From the NCBI GenBank assembly GCA_963772835.1, contig CAVYYZ010000011.1:192001-256000 (forward strand): a stretch of DNA of 64,000 nt, read 5' to 3'. Position 1 is the stretch's first letter. Each line of letters begins with the position of its first letter. Below, one piece after another: positions 18,977-28,798 of the stretch. Position numbers and translations under genes: made by a program. The notes beneath the pieces are model-generated. The model ran no database searches and was not told where the DNA came from. It saw only the letters and a list, made by a program, of their open reading frames with translations. Source of the stretch: an uncultured delta proteobacterium. Lineage in GTDB: Bacteria; Desulfobacterota; Desulfuromonadia; Geobacterales; Pseudopelobacteraceae.

Positions 18977-19941
18977 TGGCTCTCACAGCTAAAAATAAAT
19001 CCAGAAAAAAAACGTCCGGCTCTCGCGTAGCGGCACTGGTGATTTTTGCTCTGATTGCAGGAGCGGTGGCCGGTTATTTTTTTCTTTCCCCGTCCAGAAT
19101 GATTGTAGTGCCGCAGCGAAAAGCTGATTCTGCCGGAGTTAACCCGGTTACCCCCGATGCAACATTACCCCGTACTGTTCCACAGATACCCGTCGTTCCT
19201 CAACCATCAGGCGATAATCCCTCGACTGCTGTTACTCAGAAAAGTGAAAAACCAAAGACCGGGGTCAGGCTTGCAATTATTATAGATGATATGGGAAGCA
19301 GTATGTCAGAGGCTCGTTTACTGGCGGCCATCAAGGTCCCGCTGACCTTTTCCATAATACCCGGATTACATGCCGATAAGGCGGTGGCGGAGTATGCAGC
19401 TTCACATGCAATTGAGTCAATGATCCATATTCCGATGCAGTCCAAAGGGTGGCCGGCGCGCCGTCTTGAAGATAATGGTCTTTTGGTGGCCATGAATGCT
19501 GGAGATCTGCAAGAGCGGGTGTCACAGTTTGTTCAGCAGTTTCCCGGAGCGGTCGGTGTCAATAATCACATGGGTTCAGAATTTACGGAGCATGAGGAAA
19601 AAATGGAGGCTGTTCTTCAGGTGGTAAAGAAGAATGATCTGTTTTTTATCGACAGTGTTACGTCTCCGGAGAGTTCTGGGATGAGGGTTTCACAGCGGTT
19701 GGGAATTAAAGCTGCACGCAGAAATGTATTTCTTGATAATGAACAGGAGCGCACCTATATTCTTGGCCAGCTCAATCAGTCGGTCAGACTTGCCAGAAAA
19801 AACGGATCGGCGATAGCAATCTGCCATCCCCACCCGGTAACGATCTCAACTCTTGCCGGTGCACTTCCTGAACTTGCCGCCCAGGGTGTACAACTGGTCC
19901 CCGTGTCGCAGCTTGTTAAATGGGCAGGATTAATTCAGTAA
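18976..19941 (+). CDS. Divergent polysaccharide deacetylase (YibQ family)
   Basis: AIIIDDMG, HIPMQ, GVNNHMGS, FIDSVT, RNVFLDN, AIAICHP. N-terminal TM. Confidence 0.92.
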   Translation: MALTAKNKSRKKTSGSRVAALVIFALIAGAVAGYFFLSPSRMIVVPQRKADSAGVNPVTPDATLPRTVPQIPVVPQPSGDNPSTAVTQKSEKPKTGVRLAIIIDDMGSSMSEARLLAAIKVPLTFSIIPGLHADKAVAEYAASHAIESMIHIPMQSKGWPARRLEDNGLLVAMNAGDLQERVSQFVQQFPGAVGVNNHMGSEFTEHEEKMEAVLQVVKKNDLFFIDSVTSPESSGMRVSQRLGIKAARRNVFLDNEQERTYILGQLNQSVRLARKNGSAIAICHPHPVTISTLAGALPELAAQGVQLVPVSQLVKWAGLIQ

Positions 19942-21316
19942 ACTGCTTTTGCAGCCGGTGAATGGTTTTGTATGACTCTTCATGCAGGACGGCCTCCGGG
20001 TTGCACGGATCCACCGGATATACCGACAGCCAGCTCTCTTTCCGCAAGGCACCTTCGAAGCCCGCCAGAGCCTCGTTCAGCAATAGATATAAGCGATCAT
20101 GTACACCATCAAATACTCCGGCGTCAAATCCGGGCATCTCTACGTCCTTTTGAAGCAACTGTTCTCCTGCCATGCTGAATTGACGATAATCAAGTAGACA
20201 TTCATCAGAGGAGATCCGGGGCAACAGGACTGAGACGCCTCTGGCGGCTTTGTCGGCAACAAGCGCCCTGGCCGCATCGAACGTAGGATCAGTTTTCTGC
20301 AGCCCGTAAAGCGCGGAACAGAGCATATTACTGACGCACATGCCATGCAGAAAACCCCGGGCAGAACGATCGGACGTTTCAAAATAGAAACTGCGGTCGT
20401 CGGAGTGCTCTGCTAACTGTGCTCCACAGATAAGGCAGCGCTCGGCGAGACCTTCCAGTCGTGCCATATAAGACTCTTTTTTATCTGCCTCCTTTGCAAG
20501 AAGCCATGTGTGATAAAGGCACGCTCTCGTTTCATTGGTCGCCCTGAAGCTTCTGAGGATGTCACGGGTTATCTCCATGAACTGGTTATGTACTTCTGTG
20601 CCACGGGCGTGCGTCAGGATCGGATAGATTTTTCCTTCCGGATTTGTATTGAGGCTTTCAACTTTCGGACTTTTTGAAATATACGTGTCCATGCACCTGT
20701 AGCCTCGATTGACGGCTATGGCCCGCAGGAGAGTTTTTTGATCTTTGAATATCCCTTCAAATTTGATTCGCGAGTCGATCAGGCAGGGAATCAGAGCCAA
20801 TGATTTTTTATCAATTCCACGCTGTTCAAACAACGAGAAGATGTTCTTGCAGTTTTCAAGGCTCGGCAGATCCTTAACCGGAATCAACACCCGGTCAGCT
20901 GCATACAGGGCATTCTGGGTAAGTATGTTAAGATCCGGGCGCGTGTCAATGATTACAATGCCGGAGATGCCGGATTCTGCAAGCATCCGTGTTAAGGTCA
21001 TAGGGCCTTTAAATCGTTCATGGATATCGCCCAATTCGGTTGAAGAGCGTATATAGCCTACTCCGTATTGACCGGTCTGGACTACATCCCCGGCTTTTGC
21101 CCCCATTAGAAGGGCATGAACGTCCGGGACATCTCCATCCCGTTTTTGCAGTTCGAACATTTTGTCAATTGTGAAGTGGTTGTCAAATGAGAATAGTGTT
21201 ACCGGAAGTTCCTCGCACATCGCTTTCAGGTAAATTGCCAGATTGGTTGCGAGGGTGGTTTTGCCGACCCCCCCTTTTTCTGAAGAGATTGTTATGGTAT
21301 AAGGGTAGGCATACAT
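19916..21316 (-). CDS. ParA/MinD-family ATPase with a C-terminal extension of about 200 aa
   Basis: Deviant Walker A EKGGVGKTT and IIDTRP. The extension begins with CLIC...HGMC. Confidence 0.85.
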   Translation of the reverse strand: MYAYPYTITISSEKGGVGKTTLATNLAIYLKAMCEELPVTLFSFDNHFTIDKMFELQKRDGDVPDVHALLMGAKAGDVVQTGQYGVGYIRSSTELGDIHERFKGPMTLTRMLAESGISGIVIIDTRPDLNILTQNALYAADRVLIPVKDLPSLENCKNIFSLFEQRGIDKKSLALIPCLIDSRIKFEGIFKDQKTLLRAIAVNRGYRCMDTYISKSPKVESLNTNPEGKIYPILTHARGTEVHNQFMEITRDILRSFRATNETRACLYHTWLLAKEADKKESYMARLEGLAERCLICGAQLAEHSDDRSFYFETSDRSARGFLHGMCVSNMLCSALYGLQKTDPTFDAARALVADKAARGVSVLLPRISSDECLLDYRQFSMAGEQLLQKDVEMPGFDAGVFDGVHDRLYLLLNEALAGFEGALRKESWLSVYPVDPCNPEAVLHEESYKTIHRLQKQFTELILPI

Positions 21317-21450
21317 GAAATATAGTTCCGCCGTTAAGAGTGGTTAGTCGACTATCGTTTTTATGCAGGCGATACTAATCAATTTGGCGTGGCGGGTCAA
21401 CCGTTTGCTGGCAGATGCCGAAATGATTAAAATATTAATTAGAGTATCGC

Positions 21451-21478
21451 TTGCATCAGCCAAAAAATGATTTATAAT
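21451..21478 (+). promoter_or_regulatory. Sigma70-type promoter for the M24 peptidase
   Basis: TTGCAT-16 bp-TATAAT. Confidence 0.55.
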
Positions 21479-21509
21479 TCAAACAGCTGTAAACATCCAG
21501 GAGAGTTTA

Positions 21510-22703
21510 ATGCGTTTAACGCCAGCTGCGGAGCTTGAATACCGCTGCAAAAAACTTCAGGAGTTGATGGTGTCGAACACACTGGATGCAGTTATTATCG
21601 TCCAGAATGCTGATCTGTTTTATTTTACAGGAACTGTTCAAAGCGGGAATCTGTACGTACCGGCATCCGGTCAGCCGCTCTACATGGTTCGCAAGGAATC
21701 CGGAAGGGCACGGATGGAGTCCGGACTCAAGGAAGTGCTGCCTTTCACCTCGATGAAAGACGTCCCTGCCATTCTGATGCAGTTCGGGTACCCTGAGCCG
21801 AAACGGATCGGGTTGGAGCTTGATGTCCTTCCGGTAAACCTGTTTGAACGATATCGTGCGCTCTATCCGAACGCGGATTTTTCTGACGCAACTCCGTTGA
21901 TTCGCACAGTCAGAATGCTCAAGTCACACTATGAAATTCATCTTATGAAGGATGCGGCCGATCAGGTAGACCGGGTTTACCAAAGTGCCAGGGAAGTTAT
22001 TCGTATTGGCATGACTGATCTTGATGTCGCGGCTGAACTAGAATACACGGCCCGCAAGAATGGTCATCAGGGTTTGATTCGTATGAGAGGGTTCAATTCT
22101 GACATCTTCTACGGCCAGATATTCTCCGGTGCCGACAGCGCCGTGCCGTCCTATACGGATTCACCGTTGGGAGGGATGGGACTGAATCCCTCGTTTAGTC
22201 AGGGGGCCGGACTAAAGATGATTGAGCCTCATGAACCGATCATTATTGATTTTGCGGGATGTGTAGACGGGTATCTGATCGATCAGACCCGCGTATTTTC
22301 TATCGGAGAACTGTCTGATCGTTTGCGCAGAGCGTATGACGATATGGTTGAGATCCAGTCTCTCATGATGAGAGTTGCAGAGGTTGGAATGAGCTGGGGA
22401 GCTCTGTATGACATCTGTTTCACCCGTGCCGTTGCAATGGGCTATGCCGACAGCTTTATGGGGGCAAAAGGTTCACAGGTTTCATTTATCGGACATGGAC
22501 TTGGTGTTGAAATAGATGAATACCCGTTTATCGCCCGAGGGTTTAATCAGATGCTGTTGGAACCCGGCATGGCGTTCGCGTTTGAACCGAAAGTAGTCTT
22601 TCCTGGTGAAGGGGCAATCGGTATTGAAAATACCTTTTATATGAGCAATGAAGGGCTTAAACGCCTCACCCACTCCAGTGACGAACTGGTAATTCTGAGC
22701 TGA
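21510..22703 (+). CDS. Xaa-Pro peptidase family (M24)
   Basis: Creatinase N-domain with DFAG..DQTR, GHGLG.EIDEYP, EPK, GIENT. Confidence 0.9.
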   Translation: MRLTPAAELEYRCKKLQELMVSNTLDAVIIVQNADLFYFTGTVQSGNLYVPASGQPLYMVRKESGRARMESGLKEVLPFTSMKDVPAILMQFGYPEPKRIGLELDVLPVNLFERYRALYPNADFSDATPLIRTVRMLKSHYEIHLMKDAADQVDRVYQSAREVIRIGMTDLDVAAELEYTARKNGHQGLIRMRGFNSDIFYGQIFSGADSAVPSYTDSPLGGMGLNPSFSQGAGLKMIEPHEPIIIDFAGCVDGYLIDQTRVFSIGELSDRLRRAYDDMVEIQSLMMRVAEVGMSWGALYDICFTRAVAMGYADSFMGAKGSQVSFIGHGLGVEIDEYPFIARGFNQMLLEPGMAFAFEPKVVFPGEGAIGIENTFYMSNEGLKRLTHSSDELVILS

Positions 22704-22763
22704 TTTCAAAGCACACATTTTTGTAATATTTTTAATAACAGATTTAAGATGGCAAAATTTTTG

Positions 22764-22820
22764 TTGCATTATTCGTATACGGTCGAGTATAACTTCCGTA
22801 CAAAATTGTATACAGTATGC
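22764..22820 (+). promoter_or_regulatory. gltA promoter with a putative HgtR operator
   Basis: TTGCAT-18 bp-TATAAC. TTGTATACAGTATGC at 22806-22820 lies just downstream and a second GTATAC sits in the spacer. HgtR is the known Geobacter gltA repressor; its consensus is recalled from memory. Confidence 0.65.
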
Positions 22821-22929
22821 CAGAAAGAGTCCCGTTTCTCCCCGCTATTACGAATAAATCAGATGTTGGGAAGCCGAAAGAGCTTATTATCCGGGTTCAA
22901 CCCCACACCACAAAAAGGAGAGTAAAACC

Positions 22930-24258
22930 ATGGCCCTGAAAGACACGCTCAAGCTGAAGATTGAGGAACACCGTCCGCGCATTACCAGGCTGACTAAAGA
23001 GTTCGGCAAAGTGAAGATTGATGAAGTGACAATTGACCAATGTATTGGTGGCGCACGTGACATTCATTCACTCGTAACTGATATCTCCTACCTGGATCCG
23101 CAGGAAGGTATCCGTTTCCGCGGCAAGAACATTCCAGAAACTTTCGCTGCTCTGCCAAAGGCTGCCGGTTCTGCTTACCCGACCGTTGAATCCTTCTGGT
23201 ATTTCCTGCTGACCGGTGACGTCCCGACTGATGCCCAGGTTGCTGAAGTTGTCGCCGAATGGAAAACCCGCCAGGTTGTCCCTGCGTATGTATTTGACAC
23301 CCTCCGCGCTCTGCCGCGTGACAGCCATCCGATGGTTATGCTTTCCGTCGCTATGCTGACACTGCAGAAGGACTCCAAATTCGCCGCATTTTACGGTTCC
23401 GGCAAATTCAACAAGATGACTGCCTGGGAATACGTCTACGAAGATGCCTGTGATATTGTGGCTCGTCTCCCCATCCTTGCTGCTTTTATTTACAACCTGA
23501 AATATCGCGGTGACAAGCAAATCGCAATCGATCCGACCCTCGACATGGGTGCCAACTTTGCCCACATGATCGGTCAGAAGGATGAGTATAGGGATGTTGC
23601 CCGTATGTACTTCATCCTGCACTCCGATCACGAGTCCGGCAATGTATCCGCTCATACTACCCATCTGGTGCATTCGGCACTGTCAGACCCTTACTATGCC
23701 TACTCTGCTGGTCTGAACGGTCTGGCAGGTCCGCTACACGGCCTCGCCAACCAGGAAGTGCTCGACTGGACCCTCAAGTTCCAGGAAAAATACTGCAAAG
23801 GCGTCGAACCAACCAAGGAACTGATCAAAGCAGCTCTCTGGGATACACTTAACGCCGGCCAGGTTATCCCCGGTTACGGTCATGCCGTTCTGCGCAAGAC
23901 CGACCCACGCTATATGTCACAGCGTGAATTCTGCCTCAAGACTCCCGGTCTCAAGGACGATGCTCTGTTCAAGGTTGTATCCATGATTTTTGAAGTGGCT
24001 CCCGGTGTTCTCACTGAGCACGGCAAAACAAAGAATCCCTGGCCGAATGTCGACGCGCAGTCCGGCGTCATTCAGATGTACTACGGTCTGACGGAATTCG
24101 ACTTCTACACCGTCCTGTTCGGTGTAGGCCGTGCACTCGGCTGCATGGCAAACATCACCTGGGACCGTGGTCTCGGTTACGCGATCGAGCGTCCGAAGTC
24201 CGTTACTACCGCGATGCTCGAAAAATGGGCCGCTGACGGCGGTCGTCAGCTGTCGTAA
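22930..24258 (+). CDS. gltA: Citrate synthase, eukaryote-like Geobacteraceae type
   Basis: HSDHESGNVSAHT, GLAGPLHGLANQE, PGYGHAVLRKTDPR, PWPNVDAQSG. Strong codon bias and AAGGAG SD. Confidence 0.97.
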   Translation: MALKDTLKLKIEEHRPRITRLTKEFGKVKIDEVTIDQCIGGARDIHSLVTDISYLDPQEGIRFRGKNIPETFAALPKAAGSAYPTVESFWYFLLTGDVPTDAQVAEVVAEWKTRQVVPAYVFDTLRALPRDSHPMVMLSVAMLTLQKDSKFAAFYGSGKFNKMTAWEYVYEDACDIVARLPILAAFIYNLKYRGDKQIAIDPTLDMGANFAHMIGQKDEYRDVARMYFILHSDHESGNVSAHTTHLVHSALSDPYYAYSAGLNGLAGPLHGLANQEVLDWTLKFQEKYCKGVEPTKELIKAALWDTLNAGQVIPGYGHAVLRKTDPRYMSQREFCLKTPGLKDDALFKVVSMIFEVAPGVLTEHGKTKNPWPNVDAQSGVIQMYYGLTEFDFYTVLFGVGRALGCMANITWDRGLGYAIERPKSVTTAMLEKWAADGGRQLS

Positions 24259-24282
24259 TTATCCGCTTCAGCAATTGGCAGC

Positions 24283-24320
24283 AAAGAAGGGACGCAGAAA
24301 TGCGTCCCTTCTTTATTTTC
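24283..24320 (+). terminator. Rho-independent terminator of gltA
   Basis: Perfect 14-bp stem aaagaagggacgca-gaaa-tgcgtcccttcttt plus T-rich tail. Confidence 0.9.
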
Positions 24321-24394
24321 CCGCTTGCAAAATAAAATAAGTGCGGTATAAAGGACAATATCTGTCGTATTTAAAAATGATCAAAGGGGGTATA

Positions 24395-24973
24395 ATGACT
24401 AATTTAATTAAAGGAACCAAAACTGAGCAGAATCTGCTCAAATCGTTTGCCGGCGAAAGTCAGGCCCGCAATCGCTATACCTATTTTGCCGGAGTAGCGA
24501 AAAAAGAAGGTTTAGTTCAGATTGCCGATATTTTTGAGGAAACGGCAAATCAGGAAAAAGAGCATGCCAAGCGTTTCTTCAAATTTTTAGAGGGAGGCGA
24601 TCTTGAAATAACCGCCTGTTTTCCTGCAGGGAAAATTTCCACAACTGCTGAGAATTTGCTTGCAGCCGCTAACGGTGAACATGAAGAACACACACTTCTC
24701 TATCCAGGTTTTGCGGCAACGGCCAAGGAGGAGGGGTTTCCGGCGATTGCCGCCGCCTGGACGGCAATATCAGTAGCTGAAAAACAGCATGAAAAGCGAT
24801 ATCGTGACCTATTGGCGAATATCGAAGCCGGACGCGTATTTACCCGGGACGGGGATGTTGTCTGGCGCTGCCGTAACTGCGGCTATCTTCACATCGGCAA
24901 GGCTGCTCCCGAAGTCTGTATAGCCTGCCTTCACCCCAAAGCACATTTTGAACTACTCGGAGAAAATTGGTGA
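24395..24973 (+). CDS. rbr: Rubrerythrin
   Basis: FAGESQARNRY, EKEHA, EKQHE and a C-terminal rubredoxin CRNCGY..CIAC. Start moved to the ATG at 24395, after the AAGGGGG SD. Confidence 0.95.
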   Translation: MTNLIKGTKTEQNLLKSFAGESQARNRYTYFAGVAKKEGLVQIADIFEETANQEKEHAKRFFKFLEGGDLEITACFPAGKISTTAENLLAAANGEHEEHTLLYPGFAATAKEEGFPAIAAAWTAISVAEKQHEKRYRDLLANIEAGRVFTRDGDVVWRCRNCGYLHIGKAAPEVCIACLHPKAHFELLGENW

Positions 24974-25019
24974 TTATCAGAGTCCTGTTGCAGGACAATT
25001 ACTATTAAAGGAGAAATAA

Positions 25020-25400
25020 ATGGCATCTTTACTTGAAGTTTACAAATGCAATCTGTGCGGTAACATCGTGGAAACTATTCATGCCGGTGCAGGCGAACTC
25101 GTCTGTTGTGGAGAAGAAATGGTTTTGCTGACAGAAAATACTGTTGATGCAGCAAAAGAAAAGCATGTGCCGGTTATCGTAAAAGTTGATGGTGGGTACA
25201 GAGTTACGATCGGCAGTGTGGCACATCCGATGGAAGAGAAACATTACATCGAATGGATTGAGCTGCTTGCCGATGGTAAAGCGTACCGCCAATTCCTTAA
25301 ACCGGGCGACATTGCTGAAGCATTTTTCTGTGTCACCGCATCCTCCGTGACAGCCCGCGAGTTGTGCAACCTCCATGGGCAGTGGTCTGCCCGTTCCTGA
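25020..25400 (+). CDS. dfx: Desulfoferrodoxin (superoxide reductase)
   Basis: [30 protein letters not shown]. Confidence 0.95.
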   Translation: MASLLEVYKCNLCGNIVETIHAGAGELVCCGEEMVLLTENTVDAAKEKHVPVIVKVDGGYRVTIGSVAHPMEEKHYIEWIELLADGKAYRQFLKPGDIAEAFFCVTASSVTARELCNLHGQWSARS

Positions 25401-25420
25401 TTTGTCCAAATAAATTGGTG

Positions 25421-25455
25421 ATGGCGGGAATCCGGTGACGGGTTCCCGCCATTTG
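25421..25455 (+). terminator. Hairpin after dfx
   Basis: atggcgggaatccg-gtga-cgggttcccgccat plus a short T run. Confidence 0.65.
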
Positions 25456-25503
25456 TATGTTGAGCGCTTTACACAATTCTCTTGCTCATGTATCATCTCA
25501 CTC

Positions 25504-26652
25504 GTGAAGCGCATATTATCCCTCTACATAATTCGAGAAATTTCCTCGCTTTTCCTGCTTGGTATTATCATTTTTACTCTGGTTCTGCTGATGGGGCGCC
25601 TGATCACATTGACCGATCTTGTCGTATCGCATGGCGTGCCGCTGTCAGATGTCAGCAGGATGATTTTGTATCTCGTTCCGTCGTTTCTGGTTTTCACAAT
25701 TCCGATGGCATTTTTACTGGCAGTGCTGTTGGCGTTCGGGCGGTTATCGGCCGATAACGAAATTGTTGTTATCAAGGCAAGCGGCGTGAGCCTCATTCAA
25801 ATGTTGCCCCCGGTAATAATATGTGCACTGGTTGCTGTACTCCTCGCGCTGGGTGCCAGTACGATTGGTGCCCCCTGGGGCAACAGCGCTTTCAAGGAAC
25901 TAACCTTTCAGGTGCTGAAACGCAACATTACTGCCACTATTCGGGAAAAAACTTTCTGGGACGATATCCCGGGAATTGTCATGTATACCGATCAGTATGA
26001 TGAACAAAGCCATACGCTGAAGGGTGTAGTTATTCATGATGGGCGAAGTCCTGATCAGCCGATGACAATTTTTGCACGGGACGGAGTCGTTTCAAGTGAG
26101 CCTGGAAGCCAGTCACTCTTACTGTCTCTGCACAATGGTTCAATTCATATGGCCGGTACCGGCGGTCTCTACCGGTTGGTTCAATTCGGTGAATACGCCA
26201 TGTCGATTGGAGAAAAGGGGAGCAGCTCCGGAATAACCCGTAATGAGCCGGATATGTGGTTAAATGAACTTCAAAGCATGATTGATGACCCCGGCACCAC
26301 GAATAAAAACCGCCTGAAAAATCTTGCCGAGTTTCACAGCCGTTTTACCTTTCCATTCGCCTCGCTGGTTTTTGCATTCGTGGCGGTTCCTCTGGGTATA
26401 CAAAACCGTCGTGCAGGGAAATCGGGCGGTTTCACCATCAGTATTGCATTGATTCTCTTCTACTATGTTTTGATGTCTGTTGTGCGTACACTTGCGGAGA
26501 AGGGTGTTGCCCCCCCGGCTGTTGTTCTCTGGATTCCCAATCTGACTTTTTTGGGCATGGGCTGGTTCTTTTTACGAATGGCATCACTGGAGAAGATTAT
26601 TCCAATGATCTCTCTGAAAAAAATAGCCGTGTTTTTTCGGAGGGCATCCTGA
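25504..26652 (+). CDS. lptF: LPS export permease LptF
   Basis: YjgP/Q family: RLSADNEIVVIKASG, AVPLG. GTG start at 25504. Paired with lptG. Confidence 0.92.
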   Translation: MKRILSLYIIREISSLFLLGIIIFTLVLLMGRLITLTDLVVSHGVPLSDVSRMILYLVPSFLVFTIPMAFLLAVLLAFGRLSADNEIVVIKASGVSLIQMLPPVIICALVAVLLALGASTIGAPWGNSAFKELTFQVLKRNITATIREKTFWDDIPGIVMYTDQYDEQSHTLKGVVIHDGRSPDQPMTIFARDGVVSSEPGSQSLLLSLHNGSIHMAGTGGLYRLVQFGEYAMSIGEKGSSSGITRNEPDMWLNELQSMIDDPGTTNKNRLKNLAEFHSRFTFPFASLVFAFVAVPLGIQNRRAGKSGGFTISIALILFYYVLMSVVRTLAEKGVAPPAVVLWIPNLTFLGMGWFFLRMASLEKIIPMISLKKIAVFFRRAS

Positions 26653-26653
26653 T

Positions 26654-27733
26654 ATGAGTATACTCGACCGGTATATCGCCAGGACCTGGCTCCGCCTGCT
26701 TTCGCTCTGTCTGAGTGGATTTGTTGCGCTTTATCTGGTTATTGATCTGATTGAAAAAATTCCTCGATTTCTGCGTGCCGATGGGGCTGCAGGTGATATC
26801 CTGCAATATTTTATTTGGAAAATTCCTGAAATGATCAGCCGCACAGCAACATTTTCGATTCTTATGGCTACACTACTGACGCTCGGGGTACTGTCCCGGG
26901 ACAGCGAAATTATTGCCATGCGCAGTTGCGGTGTCAGTCTGTTGAAGATATCTCTGCCGATGCTGACTCTCGGATTTGTCGCCAGTATTTTGTTGTTGGC
27001 AAACGCCGAACTGGTCCTGCCGCACAGTTATGCACGCACTGAACTGATCGATCGTGTTAAAATTAAGAAAAAAGAAGATCGTGTTACGTTCAAACGGAAT
27101 AATATCTGGTTCCGCTCCCCGACGATGATCCTGCAGGCACGTATGTTTGATCCGAAAACACGGACGTTGAGTGGTGTCGTACTCTGGAATGTAGATAGCT
27201 TTATGAGTCCGGTCAGCAGGATTGACGCCGAGACGGCAGTCTATCGTGAAGGAGGGTGGGTACTGAATTCTACAACTCTGAAAAACTTCCAGAATACTTC
27301 TGGATATGAGACGAACTCTTCACAAAAGATGGAACTGGATCTCAAGCTTAAAATTGAGGATTTGCAGGTTCTTGATATTGATGCTGATAACATGAGTATC
27401 CGTACGTTGAGAGAATATGCAGAGAATCTTAAACGTGGAGGCTATCAGGCATACCGTTATCTTACGATGATGCACACCAAAATTGCCTCTCCTTTTGCGG
27501 CCCTGATAATGGTGCTGCTCGGAATTCCCTTTGCGCTGAAAAACAGTCGCTCCGGGGGTGTTGCCATGGGAATCGGTGCCAGTATCGGCATCGGCTTTGC
27601 TTATTTTGTTGTCAATGCAGTTCTTCTCTCATACGGCCGAAGCGGCGTCTTGAATCCGGTTGTTGCCGCCTGGGGGGCTAATGTCCTGTTTATGATGAGC
27701 GGAATATGGATGTCGATGTCAATTAAGGGGTGA
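26654..27733 (+). CDS. lptG: LPS export permease LptG
   Basis: MSILDRYI, LSRDSEIIAMRSCG, PVVAAW. Confidence 0.92.
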   Translation: MSILDRYIARTWLRLLSLCLSGFVALYLVIDLIEKIPRFLRADGAAGDILQYFIWKIPEMISRTATFSILMATLLTLGVLSRDSEIIAMRSCGVSLLKISLPMLTLGFVASILLLANAELVLPHSYARTELIDRVKIKKKEDRVTFKRNNIWFRSPTMILQARMFDPKTRTLSGVVLWNVDSFMSPVSRIDAETAVYREGGWVLNSTTLKNFQNTSGYETNSSQKMELDLKLKIEDLQVLDIDADNMSIRTLREYAENLKRGGYQAYRYLTMMHTKIASPFAALIMVLLGIPFALKNSRSGGVAMGIGASIGIGFAYFVVNAVLLSYGRSGVLNPVVAAWGANVLFMMSGIWMSMSIKG

Positions 27734-27840
27734 GTCACGTGCAAAGATTCTATGCTTTTACTCCTGGCAATGGAGTGAGACCATTCCGGGTTCATAATTG
27801 TGACAAGCCTGACTGTATCTAATTTATCGGGAGAGTTCAA

Positions 27841-28764
27841 ATGTATCTGTCATCTTTACGAACGTTTGTTTTTATGTTCTGCATTGGTCTGGCGTGTTTT
27901 GCCTCTGCCGCTGAACGTCCGAAGCGGATAAAGAATGAAACCACTATGACACCCGCCCCGATGTCCGTTCCGATTACTATTCTCAGCATTATTCCCGCCC
28001 AGGCTGAGCCGGGTGCAAAAGTCATACTTTCCGGATCCGGTTTTGGAGAACGTTCCAGTGTTTTTCTCGGGAGTGTTGAAATCCCTGCCTTGATAACCGC
28101 TGCCAGGCAGGCTGAATTCAATGTGCCTCTGCAACTGGAGGCCGGTATATACGCCCTGTACCTGAAACGTTCTGATGGTATGACCGGCAGATCATATAAC
28201 TTTTCGGTACTCCCTGTCCGACCAGTACTTAATTCTCTGCAGCCGCCCCAGATCAGTTTCTGCGCCGCCGGCAAGGAGCGGGAAGTGACTGCCCATGGCA
28301 GTAATTTTAACAGCAGCTCGATGCTTTTCTTTGATGGAGCTGCACTCAACAGCACATTACTTTCATCAGAATCAATCTCTTTCACTGTTCCGGCCTTACC
28401 AGGAGGAATTCACCAGGTGCAGGTGAAAAACGCACCCGAAAACAGTTCGATACCTCTTACGCTTGCTGTCGAATCCAGACCGGAAATTGACCAGGTGACG
28501 ATAGGAAACGAGCATGTCAGCTATTATGAACTGAATATTGACGGCAGGAATTTCAATCAAAATTCATCGCTGTATGTCGACGGTATGCAGATCGGCGGAC
28601 GAGGCGGACAGGATATGACCGAGCGGGAAAAACTTATCTTTATCAGCTGCACAAAATTAATTTATCAGCGTCATCCCTATTCTCCGGTTAATAAAGACTT
28701 TCGCCTTCAGGTCGTCAATCCCGGAGGAGATGGCAGTCAGGCTATTACCGTGACAGCTCCGTGA
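27841..28764 (+). CDS. Exported IPT/TIG-repeat protein
   Basis: Signal peptide and three Ig-like IPT repeats (LSGSGF, AHGSNF, IDGRNF). Confidence 0.8.
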   Translation: MYLSSLRTFVFMFCIGLACFASAAERPKRIKNETTMTPAPMSVPITILSIIPAQAEPGAKVILSGSGFGERSSVFLGSVEIPALITAARQAEFNVPLQLEAGIYALYLKRSDGMTGRSYNFSVLPVRPVLNSLQPPQISFCAAGKEREVTAHGSNFNSSSMLFFDGAALNSTLLSSESISFTVPALPGGIHQVQVKNAPENSSIPLTLAVESRPEIDQVTIGNEHVSYYELNIDGRNFNQNSSLYVDGMQIGGRGGQDMTEREKLIFISCTKLIYQRHPYSPVNKDFRLQVVNPGGDGSQAITVTAP

Positions 28765-28798
28765 CGTTGCTCTAAAATATTTAAAAGGACTTCAATAC

